Positions 15,601 to 24,600 of a DNA stretch of 26,471 nt are shown here, piece by piece (position 1 is the first letter of the stretch; each line of letters opens with the position of its first letter). The stretch is from positions 1 to 26,471 of IMG/VR virus record IMGVR_UViG_3300027797_002818, one strand, 5' to 3'. Source of the stretch: a virus (lineage: Duplodnaviria > Caudoviricetes). The notes under the pieces were generated by a model that was not told the origin of the DNA, searched no databases, and was given only the letters and a program-made list of their open reading frames with translations. Both the position numbers and the translations under genes were made by a program.

Positions 15601-18600
15601 ATTAGTCATGCGAGATATGGATTCGCGAATGCGGTCAGGAACCTTTGCCGTACGACCAGTCCTCCTTAGTAAGGCCGGGACAGCTTCATGCATCATCGAG
15701 CGCTGGAAGATGTCAGTCTGATCTAAGAACAACCTAGAGGACAGGATATCAAAATCTTTGGTGCCAGTTGATATTCCTCCGGTGCCGGTACCGATAATGG
15801 TAGATAGCTGCTCTGCCGCCTTCCTGCTTGAGTCATTGGCAAGAGCTAGGAGGTCCTTGTATTCCTTATTGAGTTTAGTCAGCTCAGAAGACCTGCCAAA
15901 AGCCTCTTGCTCAGCAAGGGTGACGGGAAGGAACATGTCCGGGTCGCTATACGGAACTATCTTATCAACCTTCTGGAATATGTCTGACTGAATTTCCTCG
16001 AGCAGCGATATAGGTTCGCGCCTAAACGCGAGTGGCAGGTCTCCATTAGGATCAATGCCGGTAAGCGTAGCAAAGCCGTCTATGCCCAAGGCTGAGGTCA
16101 TCATGCCCCATCCAGTCCTTGAGTGGCCAAGCTCATAGGCTCCGCCACCACCAGACATCGACGAGCTGCCGGGCATAGCCTTTTCAAAGTGCGTCCCGTG
16201 GTTCCTATTGTCGTCATGTGCCATCCTCTTGCTAGTTGCGAGCCTGACCGCAGCCACCCGCTGTATAGTCTGTTGCAGGGCGATCTCGGAGGTGTACTTT
16301 TGCTTTTCAGCGTCAAGCTCTGGGCCCGGGGTCATCCTGCTTATCTTTTCCTTACGAGCCTTTAGGTTGTCGCGAACCTCTTTGAGGTAAGCGGTTATGT
16401 CGGACAAGCCATCTTTGTCTGCGTACCTGACGATTGCTTGGTGGTGCGCCTGATAAGGCGAAGCTATGTAAGTGGTGTACGGGAAGCTTCCGTAATAATG
16501 CATGGACTGACCTAACGAGTCTTCCATGTCAGAGCCCCATCCAAACCCGATGGCCTTGCCAGCTTCCAGAGTTGTAGCTAGCGCATTGGTTGGCCTCGTT
16601 GCCGCGTGGGGCATGTTAGGGCTTACTAAGGACGAGATGTATGGCCCTATTTCATCAGCTACAGGACCAAGTATAGCCCTAATTGCAGCGTCGGAGGCGA
16701 GCGCCTTGATCCTGTCATTAACCGCATGACGCGATTGCTCGAGCTGCCTGAAGTCGTACGAAGCAAACGGCTCCCCTTCCTTGGCCACTATTTCCGCAAG
16801 CTTGCCATGAATAGTGTCAGACAGAGAGACTGAATCTATCCTGTCAGCCCGGAAGACTCCGATCTTCTCTGCGAACGACCTGAGATGCCCTTCAATAAAG
16901 CCAACCATTTCAACCAGCTTGGCCTTAGTTGCCTCATCGGCTCCCTCACTAGAAACCTTTTCGTACAGCGTGGTTAATTCCAGACGCTTAGATAGCAGCG
17001 CATCGACGGCCATCAACTGGTTCGCCCTGCTCTGAAGCCTTGAGTCGTGTATGAATGGAGGTACGAAGGTGTTATTGCCAAGGGGCTTGACGCTCTCCTC
17101 TGGGTTGAACCCAAGCGCTGAAGCCTGTTGTGCAGCATGCATTAGGTACATGGCCGGCTCCGACCTGCGCATGGTCGGATATACTGCGGCCATAAATTCA
17201 GCCATGTCCTGCCTGCTAAACTTGGCGGCCGGGTTGTTTGCAAGCAGGTGCCCAAGGCCAGTCTGCCTTATCTCGGCCTTTGATACGCCATTCTTGGTCA
17301 GCAGGCTGAACCATTCCGTACCATTGAGGTACTGGAAGTCCCTATTGTTGCCCGGCAGGCCACGGATGATGGCGTTCATCGCCCTTGATCCAAAGTTCAT
17401 AACGCCTTGAGGCAGGCCGAAGTTCACCTTCTGCCTTACCATGTCTTCGAGCTCAGGGATTGAGCTGCCAGTAATCTGCTCAAGCTTTACAGCAGGAGTG
17501 TCAAACTCTAGATGGAAATTACGGCCCAAAGCTTTTCCGACCTGTCGAGCTTGCTGGACGTCCATAGCCACATCCAAATCACCCACGCGGTACTTGCCTG
17601 TTCCCTCTAGCTCGCCCGAGAAACCAACAGACGGCTGCAGTCGCTCAATCTCTCTGACCTTAGCTTCCGCGAAGAACTTGCTTCCCTTACCTTCGTCTGG
17701 CCTCTCAACGACCCTGAAATCTCCGCCGGCAAGCGATCTAAGCACAGATGCCTCAGTCATACTTGACGCTAGCTTATTTGAGAAAGCAATTGCCTGCGCC
17801 TCAGTTTTAAAAGCGATAGCCTTTTTCCCGATTTGCAATCCTCCCTCAAGCCCAAATGAGCTTGGGTGATTCATTTCCACAATGTATGCGCGGAAATTAT
17901 CATCCTTCATGAAGTTGGTGCGCTTCCATATTTTAATACCATGAGCAGCCTTGGCGTCCCACGAATGGGCTAGCAGGTCTTTTCTGCCCGGGAACATCTG
18001 GGATATTGCTAGACCAGTGTCTCCGTTCATTGAAAGAGTCCTTTCAGTGTCCGGCAGGAAGTAGCCACTTTCTCCGCTTATTATTTTGTGCGCGGCAAGA
18101 TATACGTCATCCATCAAGTGCGGATCAACTGACAAGCCCATCTGCACATTGTCCTCAAGTCCGGCCAATATGCCTTTAGTGTAGGCTCCAGACTGACGGC
18201 TTGGGACTATGCCAAAGTCACCATCCATCTGGCTCATGGTGAATATGCCTCGGGCTTTCGCATCTCCCTTAAATATTTCTTCGTGTCCAACGTTAAGCCT
18301 ATGCTTTCTCTCCCTAGTAGCCGACTCAACGAAGGCGCCACCAAGGGTTGGCTCAACATGCATAGCCATAAGTATAGCGGCTAGGTTTTCAGTTGTAGTT
18401 CCGGCCGGAAGAATGAATGACGTGTACGAGCTTGGCCCATTTATGTCATTCATGGTGGCAGCGTGGAAAGCCCTGCGCTCAATTGGGATACGCGTGTCCA
18501 ATAGGAAGGCCTTAAATTGATCCCTTTCCATCGCCCCTAGGTTGTGCCCGGGTATTCCTTCTAGCACTGGCTGCATCGGGTCTATTTTCCCGCGAGTGTG

Positions 18601-21600
18601 GTGCATGCCTCGAATATCGCGCACAGCGCTGTCGATTATAGCCTGCATCATCATCGGGTCCTTTTGCGAGAAAGCGGAAGCAAGTGGGTGCTTCATCATG
18701 CCAAGGAAGTCAGAGGTCGTAGCCTGAGACTGCATGTTGCCCGGTATCAGCAGCCCTGAGTTCGGGTCATATCCAACGCCTTCGGAAAGGCTGAATCCAT
18801 AACCAGCCCTTACAGCACCCCTGACCTGATAGTCTTGCTTATAGCCAAGATGGTCGCCGGTAAGGTTGATCATGATACGCCCATCAGGAAGGCGCTTCCA
18901 TGCGTAGCCCTTCTTGGGAGCAAACTCTCCAGCCCTGTGGGGGTCTGATATGTAGCCAGTTCCGTAATTAGAAGCAGGAGGGGGCTGAGTGAATCCCCTG
19001 AGCCTAGACGCCTCCATGGTGAGCATGGTAGGCTGTTTCTTTTTATCGTTTCCGTATGCTTGGAATGTGGTCTTGCTGATAGACCTCATTCCCCTGCCGT
19101 GGAATTGAGCAGAGGCCTCCAGTACGCCCTCCGCAGAGTTAAAACCGCCAATCTGGGATACGCCTAGTCCGCCGTAAGAAAGCTGCTGGCCGGCTGGAGC
19201 TATCTCAATGGTCTTAGCTCCATCCTTTTGGGCTCGTCCGATAATTGACTCCTGAACGAATCCGCGAATCACGCTAGCAGGGATCGCGCTTCGTCCTTGG
19301 TTGCCGAACTGTATCTGTACGTTGCCAGACTCCATCACAGGCTCCCTCTCGATTAGATCAATAGGGTCCTCGGACATGAACATGGCTCCAACCGCGCCAA
19401 GGCCACCATCGTAAGGCTTGGCCCGGAGAGGCTCATAATTAGTTCGCATGTATCTGCCCGGCTCCAAGTCGTCAGCTCCTACACCCTCGTAAGCTGCGTC
19501 ATCGGCCCACCTTCTAGCTTCTCGAACATCCGGCTCTAAGATCGAAGTATCCATTCTCATAGGCTCAATGCTGCTATGATCCGTGAGCCTAAAGACGCCA
19601 CGCATGCTTCCTCCATGAAGGGAGGAGTCTATCACAAACCCCTTCGTGTCGTTATCTGAGTGCGGAAGCGTATATTTACCGGTAGTCGCGTTTCGGGAAA
19701 TTATTGGAGTAGCTCCATCAATTTCTGATAGACCTTTAAGGGCCTTGACCATGACTTCTTGGTACGCGCTAGCATCGATCCAGTTGTTAGTGGTAGCTAA
19801 TGCCTTCTTGAGGGAAAGGGGACTAAGCCTGTCTTTAGCTGCTGCCCAGTTAAGGTCATAATCACCCCTTCCTCCAAGAAGGGTATTTGTGTCCGGGTTA
19901 ATGCCAAGCACGTCATGTATGAACGTGTTCGCATCCATGCGGTCAATTACGTCCCTTTTAGCTATAGTACCGACGGCGGCTTCTATGGCGAGCAACTCAG
20001 CCTTATTGAAGTTTACCCCAGTCTTGCGAAGCGACCTGATGGTTCGCTGCGTCTCAGCTAGTCCGGTTAGCGTGGCAAACTGCTTTATGGCATCAATGCT
20101 CATGCTGTTAAGCATGCTTCCCTGCGACATCCGAACCATGGATTGGAAGTCGTAATTGTCAGACTCCGTAGCCACTCCACCTATCACCTTGGCTAGAACT
20201 TCCATGGACATGGGTGAAGACATGTCGCCAAATGAGTTCATGAACGGCCTGCGCATGTGCGCTACGCTCATGACTGCCATCGCTGCACTCATCGAGGAGA
20301 TTAAGGACAACTTTTGGGAGTCACTTACTTCGGGCGCTTTTTCCGCAACGTGCCAATGGTACCTAGATTTGTCTGCCTTAAGCCACATCCTCAGCTTCTT
20401 TGAGAGGGCCGTGTTCCTTGGCAGGTGGGTTGCTTCTAGTAGCTGCGCGGCAGCAAGCAAAGGGATGGTGCCATCTAACGTGTGGGCTATGTTGCGGATA
20501 AATCCGTTCTTATAGTACTCCTTATGGATTAACGTCGGGAGCGAGTCCTTGCTATCAAATGATCTGCTTACAACGTACCTAATCAATCCGGGGTCGGTGA
20601 CAACCTCTCTATCGACAGAGAAGCGAGTTCCGGCTTCGGCTGCAAAGTCTCCAAGTATCCTAGCGATACGAGGTATGCGCATTTGCAGCATCTTTTGCTC
20701 ATAATCGGCGCTGGTGTAATCAAGGTTTACTACACGCTCGGCGCCCTCGTCGTCCGCTTCTCGTACAAACTCAGCGAGCAAGTTGTGTCCGGTTGCGCTA
20801 GTCCTCGCCACCACCCTAAGGGGCTCTGAGGCTATGGCCTTTTGCTTTTTACTGGCGGTGGTGCTTGTGAGCCCATTGAGAAGGCTAGCCGTGTGCGGCT
20901 CCATCGTAGAGCCGAGTGCCTCATACGCGGAGGTGACGACCAAAGCTCCCTCCCTAGTGTAGTGCCGTACCAAGGCCGCCTGAGACTGAGGCTTATAGCC
21001 TCCCGCGTCACGTCGGTCTGTGGCCGGGATAGAATCCCAGCTTCCTTGATCGATGCCCGTAACATTACCAAGGCCGATATTGTATGCCTGCTGGTCGATG
21101 GTTTCTGCCATGCGCAAGAAGCCAAGAGCCTTGGCCGATTGCTCGCCTATGTTTGGCTCGGTCAGGATTCTCAGCGTATCAGGGTTGGCTAGCATTAGCT
21201 CCCGCATAGAAGCGCCCCTGATCCTGCTGCTGCCGGCCAAAATTTGGATGCGCCTATCAAGCCCTTCTTCTCCGTCCATGGAGCTGATGTACTTAAGCAG
21301 GTCATTGGCCCTGATTATCAATGCGCGCTGCGCAAATTGGGCATGCCTAATGTAGGCTGGCACCTCAGAGTCATAATCCGCGTTGGGGATTTTTGACTCA
21401 TACAAGGACGTACTCAGGGAGGCTTCTGCTTTATTCATGCCACCTTCCGCCGACCTTAAACCTATCGCTATCTGTTCGTCTCCGTTAGTAATGTTGACTG
21501 TGTCAGGCACATCTGAGCTGGGCCCAAAGGTTATGCTCCTGTGCATATTCCTCAAAACCTTGTCGGGCTTGTAAGCAGTGTCGCTTAATGCCGGTACTGC

Positions 21601-24600
21601 CGGATGGACGCTGGTGCCAGCCATTACCGACTGTAGTCCATAGGCCCTAGCCGAAGCTGCAAAAGCTTCAGACGCTCCACCTACCAACCCATGCAAGACA
21701 GAGCCAGAGGAGCCTTCACTCATGAAGGGTGATCCGATTCCTCTCCTAACTAGGGTTTCATTGACAGTAACGCCGTCATAGAACGACCTCTTGCCCTGAC
21801 TCATCATCTGGAACTCGCGCGAGCTTAGCTCAATACGCTTTTGTCCATCTTCGCCAACCCGAGATACCACGACATCCTTAAGGCCGGCGGTCAGCGCTTC
21901 GGAATAAAATGCAGCCAACATCTCTTGGAACCTTTGAGTATGACTGGAGCCGGCGATAACTTCTCCAGTATCCCTGATAGATTTCTCCATCTTCTGCGCT
22001 AGCTTTTCAGCGAAGGGAGTAAGCTCTACGAGTAGACGCTCAAGTCTAGATGCGAACCTGTAATAGGCGCTTGCTGGGGTTATGAAGTCCGAACTATTTC
22101 CGCGCCTCGCTTGGCCCATTGCATCAATACTTGTTTCAACACGGATATTCATACGAGCTACATCATCTCTATCAGTGTATCCACCTCGATCAGTGTGCTC
22201 CGGGAACCTATCAGCCAGCGCGTTAGCTATGCGCTTAGCTAGGTCTTTGCCGGCCTGACCTCCAACAAATCGCTGTATGTACTCATTAGCATTCCAGTTA
22301 AATTGTATGGTTTCCACGATCGCTTCCATCAAGAAGAACCTTCCAGCTCCTGCCTCTGTGGTGCTATCAACTTTAAGCAACGATCTGAGCGGAATTGCGC
22401 GATCAGAGTTACTGTTTCCTCCGCTTAACGACTCATTGATGAACGCCCTCATGCACGGGGCGTAGTAGTTAGGAGCGTCCGGGTTCATCGCTGCCCTATA
22501 AAGCTTCCTAAACTGCTCCGCGCTATCGACGCCTGACATTATGTCCCTCATGATGGCCGGTATGGTGTTGCCCCTTCCGGATACATCTAGGAGCGGCACG
22601 TCATGTATCATGGCGATCATGTCGGCCAGCTCTCCTCGCGTAAACTTAACGCCCTTAAAGTTCTTTTCGATGTGGTCCAAGTGGGCCACGTTAATGTCCT
22701 CGTACGAAAGGCCGGCAGCCCTGAAGGTCTCGACGATCTTGTGGGACTCAACCACTTCCGGTATCTCAGCCTTGTAGATGGCGTTGAGCGCGCGGCTGCT
22801 CATTCCGATATGCTCCTCGATGACATGCTTGGCGCCCATCGCAGCAGCGATGTCCGAGATAGTCACAGTCTTGCCTCCGTCCCTGCTTATGCCGCCAAGG
22901 AAACCCATGTCTCCGCTTTGGTACATCTGGGTCGGGATGAAGCTCTTATCCACAAGCAGCTTGCCGAACTTTATTACATCCTCTGAGTCAGCGTCCTTGG
23001 CATTTCCAAATAGATCAGTCCTTTGCTCCTCGGTAAGATTTCGGCGCGCAGCAGATTCATCGTGCTTAGCCCTGATGACTTGCTCCTGATTGGCCGCTAG
23101 GTTTCTAACGTCTCCACCGAATTGACCCAACAAGGGAGAGCCTTCAAGGAATCCAGTCTCGCTAATGTATACGGGAAGGCCGTCATCACCAATGTGCCAG
23201 CCCCTAGAAGTGTACATGAGCTTGCCTAGGTGCATGAGCTCGGCGTTGGCCTTATGGACGTAGTGACCAAGCAGGCTTGCCCTAGCCAGCATTCGCATAC
23301 CGCCGGCGAATAGATTGTTCGCGGACTCTCCAAACGGGCTGACGTTCATTTTCTCCGCGCCCACACTTCCCCCGATCATGTTTAGCTTAGGAGGGTTGCG
23401 GAATATGCGACTAGCATTCTGCCCAAGGTTTTCCCCATTGTTGCTAGCCAGCCTAGCTAGGCGCTCGTAAGTATTCTCGGCCACCTTGCGAGGGGAAGCT
23501 GCCAGCTCAGACTCAGACATCCTAGACCTGTCTGCGGTCACATTAGACATTATCTCGTCCGGGTCGGTGCCGTAGTACACGCCCTGCAAGAGCCTCATGT
23601 ATGTGTTGGCAGCCTTAAACCCCCACGGGGCTTTTATGGCATCTGCCTCGTCGATTATAGAACCAACTGTAAGTGAAGCTCCAAGGCTTACCTCGGATGA
23701 CATCCTAATCAGGGTCGGGTCGTATGACTGAAGGGCATTCACCGAGGCTGGCCACCTCGAGCCGACAGAAATGCGATCAAAGTCTGCCTTACTTAGAGAT
23801 ACGGAAACGGCGGCCCTCTGCGCTGCCACAAAGTCTCCCCCCTTTATAGACTGAGCGAGAAGCTTGGCTTCTTCTATGTTCCTCTCAGCCGTCTTAATGA
23901 TGTTTTCGAAATAAGAGACGGCATCGGCTATCATTACTCCATCATTCAGGCCGGCTAGCACCTTAATCATGGTGGACTCAGCCTTCAACCTGCTCGACGT
24001 GTAGTAAGCTATAGTGCGAGGTATGAACTCAGATATGAGAGCGTGGGCCACCGGCGCGTTTAGTATCTTTTGGATCTCCTTGGTCGCAGTGGCGTCATCA
24101 GGCTGAATGATCTCCAGCTTGCCTGACGCGTCTCTGACATGGCTTACCAGCTTGGCGGAGTTGCGATGATAGGTTCGCATGACCGCGACGATGTGCTCAT
24201 CTAGGCCAGTCCCGGGAGCTAGCTGCTTCTCAGGTGAGTCCAGTATTCCCATTGGTTCCGGTCCGCCCAGCAAGATAGGAAGGTTGGGCACCGAAGCCGC
24301 GTAGGCTCCGGCTGCTAGAGCCATCCGGTCTGGATAGCCGGAGCCGGAGGTGGCAAAATTAGCAACGTCGCTAGCGATATAAATATGCCCAGCGTGGTAA
24401 AACTTTTCAGCTTCTTGAATGGCATGCTGTATCTCATGGAGAAGCAGGCCGCGAACGTACTCAACGTTAGCATCATGCCCCATGAAGGATTGATAGTCTA
24501 TATCCACGCCGCCGGTTCGCTTCCTTAGCCTGTCTCCAAGCGCCGACACAAGCATAGCTTGCGGAGATATCCTGAAGACGTTTTCCAGCGGGCTATACGA

